Origin: an uncultured bacterium
Lineage (GTDB): Bacteria > Patescibacteriota > Minisyncoccia > Phycocordibacterales > CAIZLB01
Length of the DNA stretch: 64,000 nt
Direction: 5' to 3'
Assembly: GCA_903933735.1 (NCBI GenBank)
Contig: CAIZLB010000006.1
Location: 3,750-67,749 of the forward strand
Part shown: positions 31,135-41,481 of the stretch, one piece after another
Layout: each line of letters begins with the position of its first letter
Numbering within the stretch: position 1 is the stretch's first letter
Translations under genes and position numbers: made by a program
Notes under the pieces: generated by a model
The model's input: the letters and a program-made list of their open reading frames with translations, nothing else
Told to the model about the DNA's origin: nothing
The model's database searches: none

Positions 31135-31720
31135 TGAAAACAATCAGCCGAAAGTGCTCCTTTTGGAAGCTCCTAAGTACGTTCCAAGGAGTGAGGAAGC
31201 TTCACGCCCCGTAGAGGCAAATAAGGGCATTTCCGAGGCTCCTTCCGACCCCTCGGATGCCCGTAAATACGGGCAAAATACGGGTAATTTAGATAGAGAC
31301 CCTGTCACAGGGCAGTTCCTCCCAGGGAACTCAGGTAAGCCATTGGGAGCCAGACATTTCAGCACAATGTTCAGAGATTACGTCCGTGAGGCTGGTGCCA
31401 TTACCAAGGATGGGCAAAAGGTTGGATTCGACAAGTTGATAGTGAAAAAGATGGTGAGTATGGCAGTGGACGGAAACCTTAAGGCGGCAGGAATGGTACT
31501 CGATCGTGTCGATGGAAAAGTCCCTCAAACATTCGAGGTAAACAAGACTGAGAGAATAGGAATCCTTGTAATGACCCAACAGGAAATCGAAGACCATGAA
31601 TCAATATTCAAACGAAAATATGCAGAACCAAATACCAAAGACAATAATACCTCCAGTGACGGAGCACGGAATGAAGACACTCCGAGAGTCACGGAAGGAA
31701 GTGCGTACGAAACACACTAA
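31112..31720 (+). CDS. Terminase small subunit
   Basis: GQFLPGNSGKPLG and A..GNLKA...LDRVDGK motifs; directly upstream of TerL. Confidence 0.75.
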   Translation: MSMNTKNNENNQPKVLLLEAPKYVPRSEEASRPVEANKGISEAPSDPSDARKYGQNTGNLDRDPVTGQFLPGNSGKPLGARHFSTMFRDYVREAGAITKDGQKVGFDKLIVKKMVSMAVDGNLKAAGMVLDRVDGKVPQTFEVNKTERIGILVMTQQEIEDHESIFKRKYAEPNTKDNNTSSDGARNEDTPRVTEGSAYETH

Positions 31721-33299
31721 GGAACACTTCGGGTACTTTCTCGCTTATTACCTTTCTAGGTATGTGAGGTGTGAGTACGCGGATTTTCACTACGAAATGA
31801 TGGCAGATGTGCATGACCTGTTGGATTTGAAAATAAGAGAGATTGCATGGTTCATGTTTGGAGAAAGTGCAAAGACAAGCTTTGTAAAAGGATTGATTCT
31901 GTACATGATTGCTTACGACATAGAGCCATACATCAACGCAGATGCGTTTGATAGTACAAACTCTGAACGTATCCTGTTCGACGTTGTGTGGGAGCTTCAG
32001 ACCAATAAAAGATTTATCGAAGACTTCGGAGAGAAATACAACACCACTCGAAGTAAAGATGAGGTAACCCAAAAGAGAGTAAAAGACTTCATCACCAATC
32101 CCATGAAAGATGACGATGGAAACATTATCAAGGAAGGAATACGTGTCGAAGCACACAGTACACAGGAATCAGTCCGAGGGCGTGTGCACGGAGCGATGCG
32201 TCCAGGCTTCGTGTTGCTGGATGACTTCGAAACCAAGAAGACTCTCAAAAGCGAAGCGTCAACAAACCAGATACGTACGCACATCCAAGAATTCAAGCGA
32301 GGTCTCGACTCTGCAAGACGGAGGGTTATATACCTCGGTAACATCCTGTCTGAATACGGAAACGTGCAAAGCATCATAGAACGTGGAAAGCATGATCCAG
32401 AATTGAGAGTGCGAATCGTTCCGATTTGCCAAGGAGACCTGATCACAGGAATACACACCCCAACATGGCCTGAACGATGGGTGATGACGGATGAGGAAGC
32501 CAAAGCAACAGGAAAGGTAAGCATCGAAAGTAAGAGGCGATCAATGTGGACACCAGAAGAAGGTGATATGGACTTTCAAGCAGAAATGTTGTGCCAACCA
32601 ATAGACGAATCAAAAGCAATCTTCAAGCGTGACTGGTTCATGCCAATAAGTTGGGATGACCTTTTGCAAAAGAAACTAGCGGCTTACGTGACACTTGATA
32701 CACCGAGTCGAAAAGAAGGAGAGGTTAGCAAAGACGGAGACTACGTGGGCATTTGCATCAACTGGGTAGACAGGGAAGGCAAATGGCATCTGAAAGCATG
32801 GAGAGAAAAGCTTGGTCCAACAGCGATAATCGAGAAGATGTTCGGTCTCTACGCATTCTTACTGCAGGCAGGTACACCACCGGTGAAGTTCGGATGGGAA
32901 GATACAGCGTTCACAAGAGGTCTTGAACCAATGCTAAGGCATGAGCAAAGAATGAGACAGATATTCCTACCACTCATGTGGCTCAAACATGCAGGAAGGT
33001 CGAAAGAGGATCGAATAAGAACAGGATTGCTGTACAGATACGAAACAAGAAGTGTCTATCACCTCAAGGGGGAATGCAAAGACTTGGAAAACGAGCTGAT
33101 GCGCTTTCCTGATGCAGACCATGACGATACGAGCGATGCAACAGCGTATCAAAGCGATATTGCACGTCCTGCGGGAATCGATAAGCCAAGAGATGCAAGA
33201 CCAGAGCCGATGATAGATACGGCATATGGCAAGGTAAAACCTGCATATGAAGATGAATTCTACGATGAAAGCCCTCAATACCCAGACATTGGGATATAG
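31596..33299 (+). CDS. Terminase large subunit
   Basis: Degenerate Walker A (FGESAKT), RPGFVLLDDFE Walker B, KEDRI, FP.ADHDDTSDA nuclease motif; start may be 31620. Confidence 0.88.
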   Translation: MNQYSNENMQNQIPKTIIPPVTEHGMKTLRESRKEVRTKHTKEHFGYFLAYYLSRYVRCEYADFHYEMMADVHDLLDLKIREIAWFMFGESAKTSFVKGLILYMIAYDIEPYINADAFDSTNSERILFDVVWELQTNKRFIEDFGEKYNTTRSKDEVTQKRVKDFITNPMKDDDGNIIKEGIRVEAHSTQESVRGRVHGAMRPGFVLLDDFETKKTLKSEASTNQIRTHIQEFKRGLDSARRRVIYLGNILSEYGNVQSIIERGKHDPELRVRIVPICQGDLITGIHTPTWPERWVMTDEEAKATGKVSIESKRRSMWTPEEGDMDFQAEMLCQPIDESKAIFKRDWFMPISWDDLLQKKLAAYVTLDTPSRKEGEVSKDGDYVGICINWVDREGKWHLKAWREKLGPTAIIEKMFGLYAFLLQAGTPPVKFGWEDTAFTRGLEPMLRHEQRMRQIFLPLMWLKHAGRSKEDRIRTGLLYRYETRSVYHLKGECKDLENELMRFPDADHDDTSDATAYQSDIARPAGIDKPRDARPEPMIDTAYGKVKPAYEDEFYDESPQYPDIGI

Positions 33300-33305
33300 A
33301 GAGAA

Positions 33306-33344
33306 AGTAATACACCAAAAAATGCGTTTTATTACACGCATACT
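33306..33344 (+). promoter_or_regulatory. Putative late promoter 1 (portal)
   Basis: AGTAATACACC-N6-TGC-N13-CATACT. Confidence 0.7.
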
Positions 33345-33353
33345 GAAAACACT

Positions 33354-35369
33354 ATGGCATTAGCCCACTACAAGAAACGAGATGAACTGGCAAAGCAAGC
33401 TCTCAAGGAGATAGATTTTTCATATCGGTATAAGAAAGCTCGAATGACTTCGTGGAATAAGAACGAGGATATGATGAACCCTGACAAGTCCAGTCCATCA
33501 GTCATCTCACCTTACGGAGGATCAACCAATCAGGCAGACACGAGAGCTCAAGTGCCTTTGTACAAGATGCATGGATATGTGCACACAATCCTCTCGAAGA
33601 TCGATAGTCCACTCACATTCAAGTACACCAAAGGTGAAACTGCAGATTTGAAGAAGTCCAAGCTGATGAACTCAATCAAGGATAAAGATGCGAAGATTGG
33701 ACGTTGGAATTTCAAAGACTTAATGGGTAAACGAGACGCAGCAATTTATGGTCGTGCGATTTATCTTTACATGACTCGAAACGATAAGGGTCAGTATCGA
33801 AGCCTTCTCAACCTTATCGATCCTAAAGACTTTCTGATTGATCCAGATGTGGGAGGTTTATGCACCGAAGAAGAAGACGGAAGTGGGGTGGAGAAGGCTG
33901 CATACCTCGGATGGTGGAATACCAAACTCACACGAGCTCAGATCACAAAAGGAATTAAAGATGGAATTTACTACAAGAAAGTTGCTGAAGAATTGATTGC
34001 TGGTGGTACGAATACGAAAGCAACAACCAATCAAGATAACGATAAGGACAACAGAAAGCCTTCAGGTGCTCCCCGTGAGCGATACAAGAACGAGAACCAA
34101 TTTATTTTTTATACATGGATAACCACAGACGAGAATGATGACCGATACTATCTCGTGCTGACACCTTCAGGAGACTGTATCAGGTGTGAGCCTTGGAAGG
34201 ATATTCGAAGAAGTGGAAAGTATCCGATATGGACATGGGCAGCGTTTCCAGACCCTCGAGAGTTCTGGACTCCATCGTATTGCGACTTTGCACGAGGAAT
34301 ATTCCAAGCTCAGGAAAAGAGTATCAATCAGTCTCTCGATAACTCAGAACAGATCAACAGACCTCAGACAGCAGTCAACGTTGACTATGTCCGCAACTTA
34401 GCGCAGGTTCGTTATAGAAAAGACGGTTACATTGAAATTGAAGGAAACGTAGACGTGAACCGAGTGCTCCAGACACGACAGACTCCACCGATTGAAGGTC
34501 CATTCAAGGTGTACGACAAACTCGAGTCCATCGTCGAATCAGAAAGCGGAGTAACAGCTGACGTGAAAGGTACGAGCGATGAAGACACTCTCGGGATTTA
34601 CGAAGGTAACCTCATGCAGGCAGGAGATCGATTCGGACTCCTAAACAAAAGCTATGCTGAAGGCTACTACCGATTTGCAGTACTTCACAAAGAAGGTGTG
34701 ATGCAAGATTTGAAAAAGAAGATGGCAGTCCAGATACTTGGTCCGATGGGACTTGAGATAGAGATGGTAAGTGCTCGAGACCTGAAACCTTATCAGAATG
34801 ACTACGACATCCTCGTAGAATCAAGTCTGGCTGAAGCTCAAAGTAATCTTGCAGACAGCAAGAACAAACTCACGTTCCTTGGAGCTTACAAAGGCGATCA
34901 GACAATCAACCAAAAAGTATTGTTCGAAACCCAAGCAACGATTGCGGGAGTAGATGACGACACAATCAAGAGACTCCTTGATACAAGTGATTACAACGCA
35001 ATCGAAGTCGTAGCTCAAGCAGACGAAGCATTCCAGATAATTCTAGGTGGCGAGACTCCTCCACTTTACAAGGATGCAAACACAGCGTTCCTACAGAGAC
35101 TCCATGACCTGTCTGACAAATACGATCACGAATTGAGTTCTGAACAACATGCGGCAGTATTCTCCTACATCGACAACATAACACCGATTGTAGAGAGGAA
35201 CGCTGCTCGCTCGGTAGTTGCCGAGTCTGCAAAGGCAGGACTTATCAGCGGAGGGGGTCGGATGGTCGATGGAGCCGAACTTAAAGATGCTGAACTTGCT
35301 GCAGGAGAATCAATCCCACCAGGTGACCCAGGTGCGGAGGCAGCTGCAACCGCAGCATTATCAAAATAA
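33354..35369 (+). CDS. Portal protein (P22-like)
   Basis: 671 aa, after TerL; DAAIYGRAI, IDPKDFLIDP, ESESGVT patterns. Confidence 0.8.
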   Translation: MALAHYKKRDELAKQALKEIDFSYRYKKARMTSWNKNEDMMNPDKSSPSVISPYGGSTNQADTRAQVPLYKMHGYVHTILSKIDSPLTFKYTKGETADLKKSKLMNSIKDKDAKIGRWNFKDLMGKRDAAIYGRAIYLYMTRNDKGQYRSLLNLIDPKDFLIDPDVGGLCTEEEDGSGVEKAAYLGWWNTKLTRAQITKGIKDGIYYKKVAEELIAGGTNTKATTNQDNDKDNRKPSGAPRERYKNENQFIFYTWITTDENDDRYYLVLTPSGDCIRCEPWKDIRRSGKYPIWTWAAFPDPREFWTPSYCDFARGIFQAQEKSINQSLDNSEQINRPQTAVNVDYVRNLAQVRYRKDGYIEIEGNVDVNRVLQTRQTPPIEGPFKVYDKLESIVESESGVTADVKGTSDEDTLGIYEGNLMQAGDRFGLLNKSYAEGYYRFAVLHKEGVMQDLKKKMAVQILGPMGLEIEMVSARDLKPYQNDYDILVESSLAEAQSNLADSKNKLTFLGAYKGDQTINQKVLFETQATIAGVDDDTIKRLLDTSDYNAIEVVAQADEAFQIILGGETPPLYKDANTAFLQRLHDLSDKYDHELSSEQHAAVFSYIDNITPIVERNAARSVVAESAKAGLISGGGRMVDGAELKDAELAAGESIPPGDPGAEAAATAALSK

Positions 35370-35390
35370 TAATTAAACTAAATCAAATTT

Positions 35391-35732
35391 ATGACTGAAT
35401 CAAACAATGTAAAATTCGTAGAAGCTGAAGGCAAATGGCTATGGAAGCGATACGACGAAAACGGATCGGTAATTTACCGAAGCCCATTATTTAATACCGA
35501 GCGTGAAGCTCGAGAGGACTACGATATCAACGGACGCAAGCAGAATGATGCGGATGAGACTAACCAGGAAGCAAAAGATATTCAGGTCGAGAATACTGCC
35601 CCTGACCGTGGTATCACTGGAGATACTACGATAAATCATCCTGAAGACGAAAACACAGCAGGAACTGCGACACTCGACGAAGGTCAGGAGCGTCAAAACG
35701 AAGATAACGGCGTAGGCCAAGCAACAATCTAA
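35391..35732 (+). CDS. Small acidic protein with YegP/DUF1508-like N-terminus
   Basis: GKWLWKRYDENGSVIYRS..FNTEREA. Confidence 0.55.
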   Translation: MTESNNVKFVEAEGKWLWKRYDENGSVIYRSPLFNTEREAREDYDINGRKQNDADETNQEAKDIQVENTAPDRGITGDTTINHPEDENTAGTATLDEGQERQNEDNGVGQATI

Positions 35733-36106
35733 TGCTGAAATTTAATTATCAGATCAAGAAGAAGGCGAAGGATAAGGGAGACTACCGAATCACCAAGCAT
35801 GGCCAGATGGCAGAGTTTTCATTGCGTGAGCTGAACCGGAACATCGAACAGATCCGAAAGCAGGCAAAAGAAATGGAAGCGAATGCAAAGCTCCAAGAAG
35901 CACTCGCAGATAATATCCGTAGAGCCAATCCTGACCTCATGGCATACATGAAGAAGCTGACACCCAAGAAGCGTCATGCACTCATCATGCTCGCAATCCA
36001 AGAAAACAAAGCGAGACAGTTCAAGGATCAGGAGAAAGAAGCCAAGAGCATCCTTCGCACGATTACTAATGAGGACAAAGAAGTCCGTAAACAACTAAAG
36101 CTATGA
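35732..36106 (+). CDS. Basic coiled-coil phage protein
   Basis: 124 aa, translationally coupled to neighbours. Confidence 0.65.
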   Translation: MLKFNYQIKKKAKDKGDYRITKHGQMAEFSLRELNRNIEQIRKQAKEMEANAKLQEALADNIRRANPDLMAYMKKLTPKKRHALIMLAIQENKARQFKDQEKEAKSILRTITNEDKEVRKQLKL

Positions 36107-36498
36107 GCGAAACACCAGAAGAAAAACCAGCAGTGCTAACTGGTCCGCATAATGCACAAGTTGAAGCAATCGCCGAACAGAAGGAAGTGGATGAGGCAGA
36201 GGTAAAGGAACTCAATCAAGCTATCGATGTGGCGAGTGACATTCTGTCATGGTCCAAAACTCCTGCAGGGAAGGATACAATCGAAAGACTCCAAAACGAA
36301 TCACGGAAAGCGATGAATGAGCTGTTCGCTGTTCTACATGACAGCCCCGAGCTCGGGAAGCTCATCTCCGTGGTCGCAAGGTTTGAAGCGTCAGTGCAGA
36401 TGTTGAGACGATTTATAGGTGCCAATGAAGACCTCGACACACTTCTCAATGAGCTTGCAAGGAAGCGACCAAGCGCAGCGTCTGAAACAGTAAAGTAA
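36103..36498 (+). CDS. Phage protein between portal and scaffold
   Basis: 131 aa, ATGA overlap. Confidence 0.65.
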   Translation: MSETPEEKPAVLTGPHNAQVEAIAEQKEVDEAEVKELNQAIDVASDILSWSKTPAGKDTIERLQNESRKAMNELFAVLHDSPELGKLISVVARFEASVQMLRRFIGANEDLDTLLNELARKRPSAASETVK

Positions 36499-36535
36499 AG
36501 AATTTATCAAGAAAAGATAAAGAAATTATAAAGAT

Positions 36536-36563
36536 AAAACCACTGGTAAGCCGGTGGTTTTTC
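36536..36563 (+). terminator. Intrinsic terminator
   Basis: aaaaccactgg-taag-ccggtggtttt. Confidence 0.7.
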
Positions 36564-36572
36564 TTGTTCAAA

Positions 36573-36611
36573 AGTAATGCACCATTTTTTGCTTTCTGAT
36601 GCCATCAAACT
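36573..36611 (+). promoter_or_regulatory. Putative late promoter 2 (scaffold/capsid)
   Basis: AGTAATGCACC-N6-TGC-N13-CAAACT. Confidence 0.7.
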
Positions 36612-36722
36612 AATAAGCATAGAGGGGCCAACCTCTTATTAATAAAAAGGTTAATTGCGCTAGTGCTCAGCGTTTCAAAGAGGAGCATCGATGGGGCGAA
36701 ACCATCGAAATATAAAACGTAT

Positions 36723-37574
36723 ATGCCAAAACCACACAACACGGAAGCAGCTCCCGAGGATGAAAAGTCCAAAGCTGCAGGGGAATCACAGCCAGCCGAT
36801 AAGGGTGGCAAGAAAGATTCAGACAACCCTTCAAATGGTCAATCGATTGCACAAGTTGCAGGAGCAGAAAACGGTTCAAAGGGAAGCAAGCCTGCAGAAG
36901 GCGATGAGAAAGAAAGTCTCATAGTCGACCTGAAGAAAGAGAATCGTGAAATGAAAAAGATGATACGTGACGAGGTCATCCCTACCATTCGTGATTTGCA
37001 ACAGCAGATCAAGAAAGGTGGTACAACCGCCGATGACGCCTTAGACGAACTCGACGAACTCGCCAAAGAGTGGGAATTGCAGCCGAAGTTTGTACAGAAG
37101 CTTGCAAACATTCTCCTCACAAAGTCCAAGAAGCAATTCGAAGACGAGTACCTTTCAGATATCAAAGACATTAAGAAAAAGACTGAAGATCAATCAAAGG
37201 AGATCTCTAACGCTCAGATTACCGGAGCAATCTCGAAAGAGTTTGACCGAGTCATTGCTGATAACCCAGATCTTGCCAAGGTTGCCAAAAAAGAAGCCGT
37301 GAAGAAATACATCATGTCGAGCGAGGAAAACCTCAGTCGAACGATGGAAGACATTCTCGAGGAACTCTATGGCAATTCTGAAAAGCCAGAACCAGGCATG
37401 GAAGGCTACAGCTCTCAGGGGAACAACCATCAGAAGGAGCCAGACTACAAGACTCCAAGCGAAGATGATCACAAGCGTATCGCTCAGTCTCGTGAAAAAG
37501 GGGGTCAGGAATTCGAAAAGTACCAGGAAGGTCTTATCGATCGATTGACTCACCGATCACGACATCGAAAGTAA
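36723..37574 (+). CDS. Head scaffolding protein
   Basis: Charged, disordered N-terminus plus coiled coil, immediately before capsid gene. Confidence 0.7.
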   Translation: MPKPHNTEAAPEDEKSKAAGESQPADKGGKKDSDNPSNGQSIAQVAGAENGSKGSKPAEGDEKESLIVDLKKENREMKKMIRDEVIPTIRDLQQQIKKGGTTADDALDELDELAKEWELQPKFVQKLANILLTKSKKQFEDEYLSDIKDIKKKTEDQSKEISNAQITGAISKEFDRVIADNPDLAKVAKKEAVKKYIMSSEENLSRTMEDILEELYGNSEKPEPGMEGYSSQGNNHQKEPDYKTPSEDDHKRIAQSREKGGQEFEKYQEGLIDRLTHRSRHRK

Positions 37575-37618
37575 TTGATTCTGGAAGGGTAAATTTATTC
37601 ATCTAATTTTATCCAACC

Positions 37619-38821
37619 ATGTTAGTACAATTCAAAGAACAGTTCGATAACGCATATCAAGCGGTATTCGACAAAGTGCTCGTGGCTATGGAGATCGCCA
37701 ACACACGTCTCGAGAAGAAACTCGAGTATGGAGCCTCAGTAAAACGTGTGAAGTATTCTCTCGCACCAATCCGCGTGCGTAACATCACAATCGGTGTAAA
37801 CCGAACCATTGACCAGCTCAATGACTCTGGTGAGACCTTGCTCGTTAACAAGAACAAGGGTGCGGACTTCCGTGTCTCAAAGAAAGAAATGATTCAGGCT
37901 GGCCCACTGAATCCGGCAGAGACAATCGGTGCCGAGGTAGCCAAGAAGCTGTCTCGTTACATCGATGCCGATGTGTTCGCTCAGGTAAAGAATGCTCTTC
38001 AGACATTCGATACAGGAGACTTGACCACAATGAGCTCGAATGGAACGGCGATCGCTCTTTCCACTACAAACATTCCTCAGCTTTTGGCTCAGGGACGTGC
38101 GAAACTTCGAAAGGCAAACCAAGACCTCACCAGTCTTGCACTTGTCCTCGACAGTTATGGTGGATCAATCATTGAACAGTACGTCATGTCTAAAAACATT
38201 GACCTTGCTGCTGCAGCCTTCAAGAACGGTTATGCCGGTCCTGTCGGTGGTGCGGAGCTTTACCTCTCCGAGAACCTTCTCGCAGAAGCTGTCATCACAA
38301 TGTCAGCAAACCCAACAGCCGGTCAGACATTCTCAATCAATGGATTCGTGTACACCTTCGTGGCAGCCATTGGTTCTACACCAGGTAACGTGCTCCTTGA
38401 AGCGGGTGTTGATGCGACTCGAGACAACCTCATCGATGCGATTCACCAGACAACTGGTACTGCAGGAGTGAAGTATGTCGCATGGACTGATGTTGATCCT
38501 GGTTATGACCAGTCAAACTGGGTCGACTTGCAGCTTGCTGCAGTCGATAACGATGGTGCAGATACCATCACTATTACCGGAACTGGTTCAGGTCGACTTG
38601 TATTCGGCGGAAACGCTACATATACGGTAACCAAGAACCTCGTCCACGCTTACTACGGTAAGAAAGGTGCAATCGACGTGGTCATCCAAGACCTTGCCGA
38701 AATGGAAATGGTGGACGATCCATATCAGCGAGCAAAGATCATCCGAGCAGATGCAATCTACGGAATCTTTACATTCGCAGACGGAAAGCCACAGTTCCTC
38801 GACGTTCTTCTTCAGTCTTAA
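37619..38821 (+). CDS. Major capsid protein (HK97 fold, P22-coat-like) with ~130-aa insertion
   Basis: YGASVKR, E.L.VNKNKG..F.V, L...IDADVF, GAELYLSENL, D.IYG patterns. Confidence 0.8.
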   Translation: MLVQFKEQFDNAYQAVFDKVLVAMEIANTRLEKKLEYGASVKRVKYSLAPIRVRNITIGVNRTIDQLNDSGETLLVNKNKGADFRVSKKEMIQAGPLNPAETIGAEVAKKLSRYIDADVFAQVKNALQTFDTGDLTTMSSNGTAIALSTTNIPQLLAQGRAKLRKANQDLTSLALVLDSYGGSIIEQYVMSKNIDLAAAAFKNGYAGPVGGAELYLSENLLAEAVITMSANPTAGQTFSINGFVYTFVAAIGSTPGNVLLEAGVDATRDNLIDAIHQTTGTAGVKYVAWTDVDPGYDQSNWVDLQLAAVDNDGADTITITGTGSGRLVFGGNATYTVTKNLVHAYYGKKGAIDVVIQDLAEMEMVDDPYQRAKIIRADAIYGIFTFADGKPQFLDVLLQS

Positions 38822-38906
38822 CAGACTCACTGACCCGAGTTCGCTCGGGCTCAGTGCCAGGGTCAAGCTTAGCCTTGTCTCTGGCACTGAGAAATAAAAA
38901 ACAATT

Positions 38907-39536
38907 ATGGCAACACCACTTACAGGACAACAAATCATAGACCGATTCGAACTCTACACAGACGATACAACCGATCTGTCGAGTGATGAGGAACTTATAC
39001 TCGCAAACGACAAGTTGCGACTCGTTTACATGGAACAGCCGTGGGAGTTTCTACGCAGAAAGAAAGCAGGAGTGATTGAGAGTGATGGGAAGATAACTCT
39101 TCCATCCGACTTCGATGAATTTCTTGAGAACTTCAGCGATGATGCTGCATATGGGGAACCAGTAATGAAGGTTGTGTACATGGGCAGTCAAAAGGCGCCG
39201 TACTTGGTAGTTCCAATGGGGCAGAGAAATGCAAATAGCTTCAGCAATGTGTGCTGGATTGATCCATCAGATGGAAAGATTAACTTTGCACAAAGCCCAG
39301 GTGTAGGTGCGTCTTACGAATACGACTACAAGACAAGTCCTGATGACATCACAGTATCAACATCTCCAAAGCTCCCAGCCGAATATCATCCAATGATTGT
39401 TTTTTCAATGCTTATCGATGAAGACATTATCAAGAAGTCCGAAAAGGCGAGAAGTAACATGCAGGATAACGCTGTGCAATACCAACGCTATCTCAAAAAC
39501 CTTAAGTTGCGTGATGCACGCTTTAAACTCGCATAA
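38907..39536 (+). CDS. Head-tail adaptor protein
   Basis: PWEFLR, ITLPSDF, P.LPAEYHPMIV; position after capsid. Confidence 0.7.
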   Translation: MATPLTGQQIIDRFELYTDDTTDLSSDEELILANDKLRLVYMEQPWEFLRRKKAGVIESDGKITLPSDFDEFLENFSDDAAYGEPVMKVVYMGSQKAPYLVVPMGQRNANSFSNVCWIDPSDGKINFAQSPGVGASYEYDYKTSPDDITVSTSPKLPAEYHPMIVFSMLIDEDIIKKSEKARSNMQDNAVQYQRYLKNLKLRDARFKLA

Positions 39537-39539
39537 ATT

Positions 39540-41441
39540 ATGGCTGACCATGAAATCAAAAAATTTGCAGCAGGGGTCCATAACCGAGAGGACAACGAGG
39601 ATACGCCCAAAGACAGCGCAAAAGATTCTTTGAATTGGATTACTATTGATGGACGAATAGAACTAGCTCGAGGAAAAGTAACGGTGGGAGATGAAGGATC
39701 AGCAGGAACGTGTCCTGCAATCCATATTGGATACAAAGCAAACGGTTCAGCAATTCTCTGGAGAAAAGTAGCAACAGCAATCCAGTATTTCAATGGACTG
39801 ACATGGGTAAGTGTTGTCACAGGGCTCAATCCAAACGACTTATATGTCTTCACGAATTACAGCTCTCTCACAGGTGCGTGGACATTTGCAGGCGGCCCCG
39901 GTGGACTTTTCAAGTTTGCGAACGCAAATCCTAACGATTACATCCAACTATATACGACTACAGACTTTTTCTGTGGTTTCCCACTGATCGACAAAGCGAG
40001 GATGTATCTCTGGGGAATTATAAAAGATACAACGGCTCTTTATCGAAGTTATATCGACGTTCAGCGTGATGGAGTGAGCTTCACTCAAATATCCAATGAA
40101 AATATTGCAAGTGGAAACGGATCACAGATCACATTCTCCGGAGTTTTGGCATTTAAACCTGGACAACCAAAAAGAAATTGCGCACTAGTTACCATAAGAT
40201 GCATAGATGGGGGCGGTGAGCTATTTACAGACGATAAGAATGGAAACCTAAAAGGAAATGCAGGAGGTGTCGGAACCATTAATTACATCACAGGTGCATG
40301 GATGGTGACTTTTGTGACAGTACCTTCAGCATCGGCAAACAACATCCAAGCTACATACATCTGGGAAAACAGCACAAGCAAAGGAGTTGCTGATTTTACA
40401 TACAGTGCGTCTCGTCTTGCAGGTGAAGGTGATGTGATTCGACAGGATGAAGGAGGTGATGCAATCCAACAACTCGTGATTGGTATCGACGGAAACTACT
40501 ACTCGCTTAAAAAACAGAGCGCATATCAGCACAAATATACGGATGACGATAAAACATTTAATAACCAAGTAGTCCGAAGAAACATCGGAGTTCTTACACG
40601 AAAAAGTGTAGTCACCACAGGGCGTGGTGTGGTATTCATCAACACGGCAAATCCTGACCGTCCACAACTCACTGTTCTCGAAAAGAATCCACTCGGCGAT
40701 GATATTCTTGCAACAGAACTCATTCCACATTTTGCATGGGAAAAGTTTGATTACTCAGATGCAGTCATGGAAACATACGGACAATTTATCGTCCTTTCTT
40801 GCCGAGCCCTAAACAGTATCGTAAACGATCGTACTCTCATCATCGACATCGTAAAGAATACTGTAGACATTTCCAATTACGGAATGAAAGCACTCGCAAA
40901 AGACTCGGGTGTGCTCTATGGAGGAAGTCCTCACACTCAAACAGTTTATAAGATCCTGAATGGCTTTGATGATGACAGCTATGTCATTCAAAACAACTGG
41001 GATAGCAAATACGAAACCTACGGCGTCAGAAGGCTAAAGAAATATCGTCGCTTGCGATATCGAGGTGAAATAGACCCTGCTCAGTATGTGGAAGTGTACG
41101 CCGATTTTGATGGAGCAGGATATTCACTGGTTGGAACTATTCGTGGAGATGCGACATATGTTAACCGAACCAGTCCATCAAGTGTCGGTACAACAATGGT
41201 TGGAGAGGCGGCAATTGGTGGGGATGGAGAGACAAAAGTCTACCCTTTTGAAATGCAGATAAAAGCCATGAAGATACCGAAGTTCAGGCGCAGAAGTATC
41301 AGGTTCGTGGCAAAGGGTATCGGATACGTGAGCATTATGGAATCAGTAGACTGGGACATTTTGACCTACGAAGACAAGCTACCGAAGGTTTATAGGCAAA
41401 AACAGCACGTCAGTCTTGATGGCGAACATGTGAACCAGTAA
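39540..41441 (+). CDS. Tail nozzle/stabilisation protein (podovirus tail tubular B/P22 gp10-like)
   Basis: 633 aa beta-rich; F.AGV....P...A.DS.NW N-terminus; position after adaptor. Confidence 0.65.
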   Translation: MADHEIKKFAAGVHNREDNEDTPKDSAKDSLNWITIDGRIELARGKVTVGDEGSAGTCPAIHIGYKANGSAILWRKVATAIQYFNGLTWVSVVTGLNPNDLYVFTNYSSLTGAWTFAGGPGGLFKFANANPNDYIQLYTTTDFFCGFPLIDKARMYLWGIIKDTTALYRSYIDVQRDGVSFTQISNENIASGNGSQITFSGVLAFKPGQPKRNCALVTIRCIDGGGELFTDDKNGNLKGNAGGVGTINYITGAWMVTFVTVPSASANNIQATYIWENSTSKGVADFTYSASRLAGEGDVIRQDEGGDAIQQLVIGIDGNYYSLKKQSAYQHKYTDDDKTFNNQVVRRNIGVLTRKSVVTTGRGVVFINTANPDRPQLTVLEKNPLGDDILATELIPHFAWEKFDYSDAVMETYGQFIVLSCRALNSIVNDRTLIIDIVKNTVDISNYGMKALAKDSGVLYGGSPHTQTVYKILNGFDDDSYVIQNNWDSKYETYGVRRLKKYRRLRYRGEIDPAQYVEVYADFDGAGYSLVGTIRGDATYVNRTSPSSVGTTMVGEAAIGGDGETKVYPFEMQIKAMKIPKFRRRSIRFVAKGIGYVSIMESVDWDILTYEDKLPKVYRQKQHVSLDGEHVNQ

Positions 41442-41475
41442 TGCACCATGTTTTGCACTTTTTTGAATACATACT
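41437..41475 (+). promoter_or_regulatory. Putative late promoter 3 (tail fibre/ejection genes)
   Basis: AGTAATGCACC-N6-TGC-N13-CATACT. Confidence 0.7.
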
Positions 41476-41481
41476 TTCAAC

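Noticed and set aside
31596-33299. Terminase pseudogene because of odd Walker A
   Set aside because: ORF is full length with Lys-Thr, Walker B and nuclease acidic residues intact
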